Source: Fistulifera solaris
Lineage: Eukaryota
Reading direction: 5' to 3'
Length of the DNA: 64,000 nt
Assembly: GCA_030295235.1 (NCBI GenBank)
Contig: AP026162.1
Span: forward strand, 1,240,001-1,304,000
Under the pieces are notes generated by a model. The model was not told the origin of the DNA. It made no database searches and worked only from the letters and a program-made list of their open reading frames with translations. This document shows positions 29,338 through 41,944 of this stretch, piece by piece; the first letter of the stretch is position 1, and each line of letters begins with the position of its first letter. The position numbers and the translations under genes were made by a program.

Positions 29338-30978
29338 GATCTGCGAGAGCTTTACCAAATGACTTCGAATGAGGATGTAATGTACCGCAAAATCAATATT
29401 GTTGCAAGGAGTTTGGCAAATACGGAGTAGTCTTTGCAACACGTTTCCTCGATCTTCGATCTCTTTACCTGGTATTCATTCGCAATTCGCAGTCGAGGGT
29501 CGAGGTCGAGGGGAATAAATAATCATCGCGCACCCTTAATCACTCTTCACGACTGAAATGCAGTCGTGCCGAATACGGACAACAATTTAGTCTATAGTAA
29601 AATAGGCAGAAACGACGTTTCGCAGGTTTTTTTTGACCCAAATATCAATGCGTGTAATGTAAACACCCATAAAGACGATGCATTGCAACAACGACACAGG
29701 AACCTCAAGAAATATAGCGAACGAACGACTTGTAGGCAACATAGTCGCTCGAAACTAAATATGATTCATGACTGAAGTGCAGTCGTGGATAAGTTGACAT
29801 ACACTTCGTACGAGAGTAGATACGGTTGCTCATTATGAATCAGACGGAAACTCTGGCTGTTTGTGTTTATTTGCATCCAACGAGACTCATCTTTCCTTAC
29901 ACTCTAGAGCCGCCTGCCGCCTCCCGCCTCCGGCGCCTAGCCCCAGCGGAGAGCTAGTTTGGTGCAGCGCTTAGCTTATAGTTGATTGGTGATTGGGATT
30001 GACGACGTTTATAGCGTTTTTGCTGTGTGAGAGACGATAGACGATGGCCGGACGACAAATAATAGATCAAAACGAGATATGACACTGACCACGTCACCAA
30101 AAATCATCGCTGAAAGCGTGGAACGTGGAAGGTTGGAGTTGTGATGTGGCACGTGGCACTTCAAGTCCCTACGCCGCAACGGTGAAAGAAAGCCGACCTC
30201 GTGGCCAGACCAACGGGAAAATGTGTTTGGATGGCTGTGAGAGGTCTAATTTTAGTGACCGTGCGAACTGTCCAGACTCCAGACGGCCGAAAGACGAAAG
30301 ATACTCTCGGAAGTGGAGCAAAAACTGTTCCGGTGTCGTCATCATTTTTCGTCTTCACTTACTATAGCATTTTCTGTACAATCCATGCCGACAACGACGA
30401 ATGAGACGAAACGCACGAAGTTTGCGCTTCTTATCCACATCGCGCACAATTTTCGAATCTCAGAGCTTCGAAAAGACACAAAAACAAACTTACCTCAAAA
30501 ACACAATTAATGTAAGTTGAGGATGTGAAGCTTGGGACGATGGTTTCAGGGAATGGTGTACAATTGTCTTCGAAATCGAGGAAGAATAACCGCACTTTGC
30601 TTTTGCCATGAAGTTGTGTCGAATGATTTAGCGCAGCGACCCACTAAGAAATTGCAAGAGTTCGACGAACCTTCTGATGGACCAGAATTGAGCAAATCAA
30701 GCTGTACATGAAGTGGTGGCTGTCAGATGTGTGCTTGAAAACTGTTCTACTTTGTGAGCGGGTGCAGGAGTGAAGGCGTTCGCTTTGCCGTTTGATGAAA
30801 TTACTGACTCTCGAACTGTTCGACGCTGATTCATTATTCATACTACGGTTTCTTGGTCGCTGTTTGAGAACTATGTGTCGTTAATGATGTTCCTTGCTTT
30901 CCTGTCTTCTAATAATCCTGCTTCAACTCATTGACTCCAGCTTGCGCTTTCATAGCCTATTCTTCAGCCGTCAATATT

Positions 30979-32414
30979 ATGAAGTTTGTCAAGAGCGCTG
31001 TAGTTTTTCTGTTATATACAGGCTTTAGTGCTGAAGCGCTATTGACCAATCCGATTAAGACGTCTTCTTTAGGAAACCCAATGTAAGTTACTTGTCTTCA
31101 TATCAGAGAAAAGCCTTCAGACGTTAAAACGCGTCGCTGGCAATTCTGTTTTGGCTCAATCTCACTGAAGTCAACCCATTTTTAAGCCTAACGGACCGTG
31201 CGTACGTAACTCGCGATATCAAGACACCTGATCCTATACCAGAGGAAGGCCAGCTTGCCGCTCTTGAGCTAATGAAGACCGGTCGCCTTTACCGATACAA
31301 CGTTGCTAGTGCCGAGGAAAGTGTGGTCAGTCAATGCGAGAAAGATATCGCTGACTACACTGGGCATAAGTATTGCGTTGCTCTGAACTCTTGTGGATCT
31401 GCTCTCATGCTTTTATTGAAGACGACTGGACTGAAAAATGGAGGAAAGGTTCTTAGCAACGCCTTCACCTTTGGCGCTGTTCCAAGTGCAATTGAGCACG
31501 CTGGTGGCAGGGCGGTGTACGTGGAATCGACGATGGATATGGTCATGGATACCGAAGACATGGAAAAGAAGCTTAAAGAAAATCCAGACTGCAAACACGT
31601 TCTCATTTCTCACATGCGTGGAAAGGTCGCCGACATGAATACAATCAAGGCTCTTTGTGACAAATACGATGCCATTCTCTTGGAGGATTGCGCTCACTCT
31701 CTTGGTGTCCGTTACGATGGAAAGCACAGTGGACATGTAGGAGTGGCTTGTGCTGTTAGCAGTCAGTCTTATAAAATGATTAACTCTGGTGAAGGCGGCT
31801 TCTTGCTCACCGACGACCCTGACATCGCCGCGCAGACTGCTGTTTACGCCGGTGCCTACGAAGGTCTTTCAGCAAAACACATGACCGTACCCGACCAGGC
31901 TGCGTTCAAAGATTACCCCGTTACTCTTCCTAACTATTCCATCCGAATGTCAAGCCTCGCTGCTGCCGTCATCCGACCTCAAATTAAAACCCTTGATGAA
32001 AGAATCGAGAAATACAATAACCGTTACTACAAGCTCGTCGCACAGCTGGAAGAGCATGTTGGAGAGCACATGAGCATCCCGAAGCTGACTCCCGAAGTTG
32101 ACTTGATGGTTCACGATTCTCTTCAGTTCAATCTCGACGAAAAGTTCACTCCCGAAATGATCGAGGAGTTTTTGGCGGAATGCAGTGCACACGGTCTGCC
32201 TGTCGAACTCTTCGGCCATAAGAGCAACGCGAGAAACTTCGTTAACTGGGGATTCGCCCCTGCGACCGAACCACTTCCTAAGACTGCAGCGATGCTTTCG
32301 CGTGCGTGCGACGTTCGAATGCCTCTGATGTGGGACGATGAGGACTTTGATGACATGGCGAATGTTCTCATTGAAAGCGTGCAAACTGTCCTCGCCAATC
32401 ATAACATGATGTAA
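30979..32414 (+). CDS. PLP-dependent DegT/DnrJ/EryC1/StrS-family aminotransferase with an N-terminal signal peptide
   Basis: Exon 1 MKFVKSAVVFLLYTGFSAEA; intron 31083-31186 keeps the frame; motifs ALNSCGSAL, LLEDCAHSLG and SSQSYKMINSGEGG (PLP lysine). Confidence 0.85.
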
Positions 32415-33299
32415 AGTCATGCCAATATACTCGATTGTTCATATTCTTCTAGAAACCGAAGTTCAACAAACTGACTTTTTCTCTAGAGACATAGATTTGA
32501 GAGGCATTTAGCCCATCCACCATATCGCTGCAATTGTATTTCAACAATGAGTTAAATATTTCGAATTGTTGCTCAGTAATTCAGTCCATCCTCCATAGTT
32601 TATGCAATTTTGTACCGTCACTGGCGAAACATCATTATTATTTTTTATACTGTAGTTGAGCAGGCTTGTATTCTTTCGTCAAAATACTGCGGGTGCCGTA
32701 AGCCGTAAAAACTATGCGACTCTTGACTGAATTGCAGTCGTGGAGAAACGTCGTCTACACTACCGGCTATAGTAACGTGTTTTTAGACCCCGTCCGGCGA
32801 AATTGGGGCCCTTTTGTGGGGTTAAAATGTTAAAATTGCTAGAAGCCGTGGTTTTGTCTCCTAGCGTATAAAACACAAAAAAAATAAAACAACATTCATT
32901 TTTTTAATTAAAAAAAAAAACGAAATTGAAGGATATGTCGGACGTCTCCAACGCCCAAAAATTGAGCAAAATACGACCATTACAAAATTCACAACAAAAT
33001 GTGAGTGATTCTTGAACGCTACGTAATCTTCTAAAACTGCTGCATCTATAAACAACTAACAGGGATTAGACCACAAGTGACACATAAAGAAGATGTTTGA
33101 CGGTTGATTGTTGCTTTGGCCGATGTGAAAGAGAAAACGAAGCAGAAACACCAGTTTATTGATTTCATTTAGTATAGTAGGAGGAACAAAGGATGGTAAT
33201 GAAGTCGACATTGCTTTGTTGTGATGTCAATAAAGGCGACGTTTTGTTTTTGTGAAAGGCATTTTTTTTTAAAACAATTGTGATTCGTGACTACTGCAT

Positions 33300-33835
33300 T
33301 TGTACTAATGACTACTGTACAATCCAGTCTTGACTGGCGTAAACCAGCACTCCGTTTCATAGTAAAAATTCAATAGGCGTCGATCCTCGGATTTTCGACG
33401 TGAAAATAAATGAAGCTCTAAACAAGTAGTTCAGAATCATCATTGTTGCGACTTTATTTACCCGTAATTATAACTATATTCGCAGTTGAATGACAATGGA
33501 CGGATGCGAGAGACGCAAAACGGAACACTTTGTTGTTCGGTTCATGACTACTGTACAATCCAGTCTTGGCTGGCGTAAACCAGCACTCCGTTTCATAGTA
33601 AAAATTCAATAGGCGTCGATCCTCGGATTTTCGACGAAAAAATGAAGCTCTAAACAAGTAGTCCAGAATCATCATTGTTGCGACTTTATTTACCCGTAAT
33701 CATAACTATATTCGCAGTTGAATGACAATGGACGGATGCGAGAGACGCAAAACGGAACACTTTGTTGTTCGGTTCATGACTACTGTTCAAACCAGTCTTG
33801 GCTGGCGTAAACCAACACTCCGTTTCATAGTGAAT
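33300..33835. repeat. Tandem repeat, ~232-236-bp unit, ~2.3 copies
   Basis: ATGACTACTGT...CCAGTCTTGRCTGGCGTAAACCARCACTCCGTTTCATAGT begins at ~33308, 33544 and 33776. Confidence 0.9.
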
Positions 33836-33922
33836 TTTCAAGGATTCACGAAAAAAATTACGACGACGACGCAATAGTAACCCATCGCGCTTTTTATTGC
33901 GTCTCGCAGAAAAAGACTTACC

Positions 33923-35020
33923 TTGCCAATTCTATACGGAGTAATAGTCTTTCAGTCGATATCATCAGCTTATATTGTTGTGATTTGCGTAAGTGATCTA
34001 GACGCAATGTCGGGGAGAGTCGATTGCAATCCGGACGCAACAATTTATTGTTTGAACGGAGGATATTGCTCTCAGGGAGATGCTTTGGGATGCCGTTGTA
34101 CCGGTGGATATTCAGGTCAACACTGTGAAATTGATCCTCCTCCTTGTACATTAGAATGTTTGAATGGAGGCGCATGTACAACAGGAGACTCACGATACAA
34201 TTTTGAGTGGCCCGGAGAGAAGCCCGAAGATGGTATATTCTGTTCGTGCCCGAAAGGTTTTGGAGGATTCTATTGCGAGTACGAAGCCGACATTTGCGGA
34301 AACTACGATCACGTCTGTCTGCATGGTACAAAGTGTCAAAGAAACGATGAACACGATAGCTACAATTGTGTTTGCGACAAGACAAGCGAGCGATGTATAG
34401 AGAAACTGGAAACTCAATTTTGCATGCCTGCGAACGATATCGCTTTGATCGGCTTAGATGTTGTAGAATACTACGGAGGGATGGCTATTCCATCGTTTTG
34501 CATGAATGGTGGAAAATGTAAAGCCATTTTTATTGACGGAGACTGGTACGTACGAGTGAGACCCGCTATATACAATACGCCCTCCTAATTGACTTTTCTC
34601 AATTGCTACTCAAAGGCATTCCGCATGTGAGTGTCTTCCACTTTTACGGGCCCTCACTGCGAGTACATCCGAACCAGTAGTGAGATTAGAATAGCAGGTA
34701 ATGCAATCTACGGATTCGATGACGAAGCTAAAATGAGGAAGGCTTTAGGGGGACTGCTAGCGGTTGTCGCAACCTGTCTTGCTGTGGGGATGATACTTTG
34801 TGCGAGACAAGTCAGACGCATTATCAAACGACGCAGCCAACCGGCCGCACAAATCAGTCTACAAGGGTTTCGAAAGAAGTACGATGACGATGAATTTTTT
34901 GGTGCATTGTCTCCCAACGGGAATATGCTATTCCCCGGCTTCAATGGTGGGCGTACTTTTGATGATCGAGAGACTGATCAAGAAGAAGTTATCAACTTAT
35001 CGGACGTCTTTCTGCATTAA
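33923..35020 (+). CDS. EGF-repeat single-pass membrane protein (start uncertain; first in-frame ATG at 34007)
   Basis: CLNGGYC...CRCTGGYSGQHCE and CSCPKGFGGFYCE; intron ~34546-34615; TM LGGLLAVVATCLAVGMILCA followed by RQVRRIIKRR. Confidence 0.75.
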
Positions 35021-35608
35021 ATCATCGCACAGGAAGATAAGATCTGTGACAATGTCCGTAAGGTACACGTACACGGAGAAAAATGATAATATCGCGAGGG
35101 GACTGGCTTGGTTCGAGTCGAAGAGACACTAAATTCAAGAGACGTTCTATTCCTGCCGCCCTCCGCTTTCCGATACGGCGCAACCCCCCGAAGATTGCCC
35201 AGTAATCGACATTTTGCTTCAATCTATCGATTGGTGAGAGTCTCTTCTAAGAATGAAACGAAACGAAAGGTGCATTGCGCATTGCTTCTGTTCGCGGTCA
35301 CGTAGGCTTGATCCGGTATTGGAAGGCCTTAACAAAAACTCCCTCCATTTCCCTAATAATTGAGGTATTTAAGTGCTTAAAAGCCGTTCAGTGTCCGTTG
35401 CGAACGTTTCTACTTATACTTAAAGAAAATTAACCGCTGTTTCTGGCACGCGGTCCGGTGTTGCCTCTCCGTGGGTTGGCTTTTTCTGCCCTCCACTTCC
35501 TTGGAAGTGCGCGCCAGAAAAACAAAACGCGACGAAGAAACCAAGAACCAATCCTCCCACAACAAATATTATTATCTACGCCATACCTTTCCCCTGCCAA
35601 CAGCAATA

Positions 35609-37705
35609 ATGAAAACACGTCACATACTTATAACGCTATTCGTTTCCGTCTTATCCGCTACAACCGCCGAAGAATGTGATTTGAATTGTCGAGCACCCGC
35701 GATGTGCGTGATCGGCGACCCACCGCAACGCGACCCGCGCTGGGATTATGTGGAAGGAATGTATTGTTCGTGTCCGGAAGAATGGACGGGAACGTATTGC
35801 GAAATACCTTTGTGGAATGCGAGGGTGAACACATTTGTTACAATGGGGGCGCTGCATACCCGGTCTCGCACAGTCCTACGACGCCAGCGACCTCTTTGCA
35901 ATTGCGAGAATGCGTTCGATGAATCGGGGAATCGTTACGTCGGAAAACACTGCGAACAACTGGTTACAACATACTGCTCACCCGGCAAGACCTTGTTTTG
36001 TTTGAACGGAGGTGTTTGCAACCCGAATTTCCCGTAAGTTGGCAAGGCCGTTTTTCCTGTGTCTCGTCAACTCCTTCTTTTTCGCTCACGGCGCTTATCT
36101 TTTCATCAGTGGATCGGGGGAACCGTGCGATTGCCCTCCAGAACTGTTTGGAGAGCATTGTGAATACGAAAGACAATCCGTTCCGGATCTGGAGTGCACC
36201 TTGGATTGTCGCAATGGCGGGCAGTGCGTTCTGGGCGAGTCGCCGATCGAGGATGTAGACGAAAATGGCTTTCATAATTACTTGGCTACAAACAAAACCG
36301 ACAATCAATACTGTTCTTGCCCCGATGGCTATGACGGAGAGTTTTGTGAGGTGTATCGTCAACCTTGTGGAGAACATTTCTGCTTCAACGGAGGAACGTG
36401 CAAGGAAAGTGATATTGAAGGGCAACTGGTCTTCTTCTGCGACTGTTCGACCGCGGCCACAGACAATGCTGATTACGCAGGGAGATTTTGTCAGTTCAAA
36501 GCGACATCGTATTGTACGAAAAATGCAGGTTTCAATGAAAACTTATTTTGCGTGAACAATGGGAGGTGTAGAGATATCGCATCGCAGGGGTGTGATTGTG
36601 ACAACCCATTTTCTGGATTTTCGTGCGAGTTTGTTACCCAAGAAGCAACCACCAACAACACTAACGATGAGTCGCCTGCATTGCCCGGGGATCCCGAGGA
36701 CACTACGGAGTGCGACATTGATTGTCAGAATGGAGGCGTTTGTCGACACGGCAAAAAGGACCTGGGAATATTAGGGAATATTGCTGGAAATGCCACGCAT
36801 CTCAACGAGACCCATACTGAGGACTACAAACACTGTGTTTGTCCGGATGGTTTTGTGGGCTTGTATTGTGAGGAGAAAGCTCAGCTGTGTGGCGAAGGGG
36901 AGCACATCTGTCTTCACGGAAGTTCGTGCGTCAAGTACGGCGACGAACATTATTGCGATTGTGCCGACGCTTCCAGCACAAAATCACAAACGGGATTGTT
37001 TTCCGGTGCAAGTTGCGAGCACCCGGTGAATGATGTTTGTACAGTCAAGTACCCGGGACCGGGACAGCCTCTCCTCTTTTGTGTCAATGGCGGATCGTGC
37101 AAAAACTTGTCAACCTCGGGGAACCGTAAGTACTTTTGAGAACTTTGATGCTTTGGGGCGGTATTGGAAGACTCATATGCTTTATTGTTAGACACCCGGG
37201 TTGTAATTGTGTTGATGGATTTGGAGGTCAGCACTGCGAGATCTCGTCAGCAACCAATGTTCTTCCTCCTGATGTAGATGTACCAGTAGATCCTGCTATT
37301 CCGGACGACGGTCAAAGTGAATTACATACGAAAGATGAGACACGGTCCGGTAAACGAGTTATACTCATCGTATTGTTGCTCGCTCTCGTTTCGACGGTTT
37401 TATTGACTTTCTATTACATCATTCCCTACGTCCGCCGAAGACGACGACGAAAAACAGTCGGCAACAATATCAGATGGGCATCCAACTACCAAGACGACCC
37501 GGCTGAAATCAATCTTGCTCCCAGAAGGAGTTCATCATTAATTTTTGATCAGTACTCGTCGAGTACCGATCCTTTCGTAACTCATCTTGGCTCGCTAATA
37601 CAAACACACGAAGAAGATGAGGACGAGGAACCAGAGCCACAGGTTTTCATCGGACCACCTCGCGATGAAGATGGCCATGTGCTGCATAACGTTGATATTA
37701 TTTAA
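35609..37705 (+). CDS. EGF-repeat single-pass membrane protein (3 exons)
   Basis: Signal peptide MKTRHILITLFVSVLSATTA, about ten EGF-like units, TM VILIVLLLALVSTVLLTFYYII followed by poly-Arg, and tail GPPRDEDGHVLHNVDII. Introns near 36034-36108 and 37126-37191. Confidence 0.82.
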
Positions 37706-38230
37706 CGCACTTGTTACTTCTTCTCTCTCAACTCTTTATAGACTGCTTCATGATAGCGTAATGCCAGTAATGTAGTTCGAAAGTCGCACGTAAACCTAAC
37801 TCGTCCTTTCTGTTGTAACCCTAATGTATTAATGGAGCATAGAGTCTTAGGCAAATGCCTTGCTCTATTGTAATGAGCTCGCTAGCTACGAAGACGAAAC
37901 CTTAGAAGTCGTCTCCTCTAAAGACTTACCCTTAACTCTACAGCTGTTTTTTACTTAGAGGTTGTTGAGTCACATATTACTTAATACCTGATACGCTTGA
38001 TTTACTATAATATTTTATGTTGATTTAAGACAATGCGGAGTACCATAAGACATTACACTCCACTATTTAGTATCAATTCATGTTGCAGGTTCCGTCAAAC
38101 TCATCGCGCACAAGAGCGTGAAGCGTGCCGCCGCACCGCATCGAATGCGAAAAAACCAAAGCCGTCTCTTGGTTATTCAGAACACTTCAAGTCGCTCTTG
38201 GTTCGGGGATACCGTAAACAATTACAAAAG

Positions 38231-41200
38231 ATGTCATCCCAGGCACGAGGTCTACATAACTTCATTTCTGAACTAAGAAATGCAAAAAAGCAAGGTAAGC
38301 GACATTTCATCTTTGATTGTTTGGCTCGTCATGGTCGTCCGTTGCGTTGGTCGAAAATCTTCACTGCTTGTGCGACATCTTTCACCAATCAAAATGCGAT
38401 ATTTTTGTTGAGCGTCAGACCAAGTGTAGGTTATTTTGTCGTACCGTGCAAAAAAGGCATTGCTGCTTGAAATACAATGCGAGGTTTGATGAATGCGATC
38501 ATGTGCATTAAAATTCATTGTCAGAGGAAAAGAAGCTGACCCCTTGACTACCAATTTGCACTTGAAACTTAACAGGAGGATGAAAAACAGCGAGTCGATA
38601 AGGAGCTGGCTAACATTCGAAAGCAATTCATGCCGAAAGGAGGAAAATTGAACGACGATGGCAGCAACCCTGCTCTAAACACTTACAAACGAAAGAAGTA
38701 CGTTTGGAAACTCGTATACATCCACATTCTTGGATATGAAGTTGACTTCGGTCATCCTGAAGTCCTTGTTCTTGTGCGATCCTCGAAATACGGCGAAAAG
38801 AATGTTGGCTATACAGCGTTAAGTCTCTTAATGCGAGGCGACGATCCGATGATGAACAGTATCAGGAGCGATATTGTCAAGGATTTGACAAAACCAACCG
38901 CGGCTGGGAAAAGTAGCGCCCCTGCTGACGCTGCACAAGCTTTAGCTATTTGTGCAATTGCGAACATCACAGGACTTGAACTTATTCAATCAATGCATAC
39001 GGAAGTCGTGCAAACCATGGTCGCAAAGTCATCGAGCGCAAACGTGAAAAAGAAAGCCGCATTGTGCCTACTAAGGCTCGCCCGTACAAACCCCAAACTT
39101 GTGGCCGGAAGAGATTTTGTGACTCAAATTGCTCAGCTCTTACAAGATCGCCACTTAGGTGTGCTCACCAGTAGCATGAGTTTGCTGTACGGACTGGCTT
39201 CGCAAGCCCCGAATGAGTACGAAAGCCTTATTCCTTACGCGGTTCATATCCTTGGGATGCTCGTTTTGAAGAAGGCTTGCGCTCGAGAGTACCTTTATTA
39301 CCGTACACCGAGTCCCTGGCTCCAAATTAAATTGCTCAAGTTTCTCCAGCTTTATCCGCATGCTCTCGCGCAAGCGGCAGACAGTGGCACTACCCCAGAG
39401 ACATCTCCCGCTAATGGCAGTGCTCATATCTCGCAGCTGACCAATATCATTTCAAAGATTTTAACGGAAACAGATGTTTCTGACTCAATCAACAAGTCGA
39501 ACGCGGATCACGCTGTCCTTTTCGAAGCCGTGAATCTTATCATTTGCTGGGGATCCACGAGCCAACAAGCGCTCAGAGACGGAGCAATGAAGCTATTAGG
39601 GAAATTCATTTCGGTCAGAGAACCAAATATTCGATATCTTGGACTAATGACGATGGCTAAGTTAGCTCAATTAGAAGGAAGCGGAGAGTCGATCAAGAAG
39701 CACCAGGCGACCGTTTTGGTTTCCTTGAAAGATGCAGATATCAGTGTCCGACGTCGCGCGCTGGATCTCTTGTTTGTTATGTGTGATACCGATAACGCTG
39801 AACGAATCGTAGATGAGCTTGTTGCTCATTTGGTGATAGCGGACGCTGCCATCAGAGAAGAAATGGTTTTGAAAATCGCAATTTTGGCTGAAAAGTATGC
39901 CACCGACTTGCGTTGGTACGTTGATACAATTCTCAAGCTAATTTCTATCAGTGGCGATCATGTCAGCGATGCGATTTGGCACCGCGTTGTACAGATCGTT
40001 ACTAACCACCCCCAGGGTGACCTTCAAGCGTACACAGCTGCAACTCTTCTGGTTGCTGCAAGTCCCCGTCGCTGCCACGAAACTACCGTTCGCGTGGCAG
40101 CCTACATACCTCGGTGAATTCGGATTTCTGATAGCTGAACGACCCGGCATGAGTGGGGAAGAGCAGTTTCGCATTCTTCATCAACACTGGACTACTGCCG
40201 ATCCAGCCACCAGAGCTATTCTTGTCAGCAGTTATGCGAAACTTGCCAATCTTTACGAGGAATGCAGACCGCTGGTTGCTCCAGTTTTTGCAAAATCGAT
40301 GAACAATGTTGATGTAGAGATTCAGCAACGATCAGCGGAGTACGCGGCGATGAGAGAAGCGTTCAGCCCTGAAGCGGTCGAGGATCTTCTTCGAGAGATG
40401 CCACCTTTTGAAGAGAAGAAGCAGAGTGCTCTGGAACAGCGTTTGCGGGAGAAAGAAGGTGACGATAGTGCTGCTGTCGTCAAGGCAGCCCGACCTAGTG
40501 CAGCAGAGCGCAAGAGGGCTGCACAAAGCGCAGCCGCGCGGGTCGCTGAAGAAATCCAATCTCGACCCCAAACTGCCGACGAAGGTCCTGCTAGCCCAAT
40601 GAGAAGTAAGTTTGTTGTATACTTATATTCCGTATGCACCTTTCTGCGATCCTCTTACTCAATCTTCTCTTCTAGACGGTGCAACCGGGGGTAATGATTC
40701 TGAATTCGACCGAAGCCAGAAAGTTGGAATCCCAAAAGAAGTCATACCTGCCATGCGAAAAGCTTTCTCCAATCTTTGCACTTCGCCTTCTGGGGTTTTA
40801 TTCGAGAACGCGCTTCTTCAAGTTGGCGTGAAACATGAGTATGTCGGTGCTCAGGGAAGAATTTCGGTTTTCTTTGGAAATTTAAGCAAAGCACCGTTGT
40901 CGCACTTTAGGGCAGATGTCGAAGAACGAGATCATCTGAAGATGCAAAAACAAGGGACGCAGGGGTTGCTCGATTCGGACGAAAACGGCGGATGCACAGT
41001 AGCCGTGAGAACACAAGCAAAGATGTTGTTGTCAGTAGAAGTGGTGGCCCCTTTCGATGACGCACCTGCGATGCGCGTGTCTTTTGTAACCGAAGAGGGA
41101 GAGTATCACGAGTATCCACTACGCCTCCCAATTGTTGCCACTTGTTTCATGGAACCGGTGACCTTAGAAGCAGGTGCTTTTATGCAGAGATGGAGAAGCT

Positions 41201-41541
41201 TAGAAGGACAAGATAGGGAATGCCAGGAAGTTGTAAAAGCTCCCCCCAATGCGCCCGAAATCGATGAAGAGTATATGGATCGAATTGCGTCCATCATAAC
41301 TAACGGTCTGAAATTTGGACGATGTATTGGGTGCGATCCCACACCATGGACTGTTTCAGGCGCGGCAACCTTTCGAACAGCCGCCAAAGATATGAATGGT
41401 AACAATATCAATGTCGGATGTCTTGTTAGAGTTGAAGCTAATCCACAAGCTGGTGCTTTTCGAGTAACCACACGAACACTGCACCCGCTTTGCTCGAAGG
41501 CCGTGAAAAACGTTGCACTTGTTAGTATCAAATTGGCCTAA
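38231..41541 (+). CDS. AP2A: AP-2 complex alpha-adaptin
   Basis: RGLHNFISELRN, RVDKELANIR, YKRKKYVWKLVYI, LKDADISVRRRALDLLF, EEMVLKIAILAEKYA, and a C-terminal ear domain. Introns ~38294-38574 and ~40606-40675; apparent frameshift near 40110. Confidence 0.93.
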
Positions 41542-41944
41542 GTAATCCACCACTTTTTGTCTTAGACCTTTAAAACTTGTCTTTGAACCAGGCGGATAGC
41601 AGCGAACTTTTAGGCGTTTTCTAGGCCCTTCGCCTCAGGAGTAATTACAAAGCTAGGCTTTGTGTCCATTGCCGACTAAACTTTTAAACTAGTCGCCTCT
41701 AAGGATACGTCCTTAGTCGCCTCGCCAGCGCCGATACAAATTTTTCTCATGATTCAAATCCAGTCACGACAAAAAGTAATCTACACTTTGGGACTATAGT
41801 AGGGTGCCTGATGTCGTCCGTACGGCGTAAGGTTCCGTCTCGACCGCCAACGAAATTTTACGATGCGAGCGATGATTACAGAACAAAACCATTACGGAGT
41901 GTGACAATTCCTTTGACCGAGGAATACGCTATTGTCAATCAATC

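Noticed and set aside
30512..30955. Possible long 5'-UTR intron or riboswitch upstream of the aminotransferase
   Set aside because: A GTAAGT donor and a CATAG acceptor exist, but no TPP or other aptamer consensus is recognisable and there is no transcript evidence.
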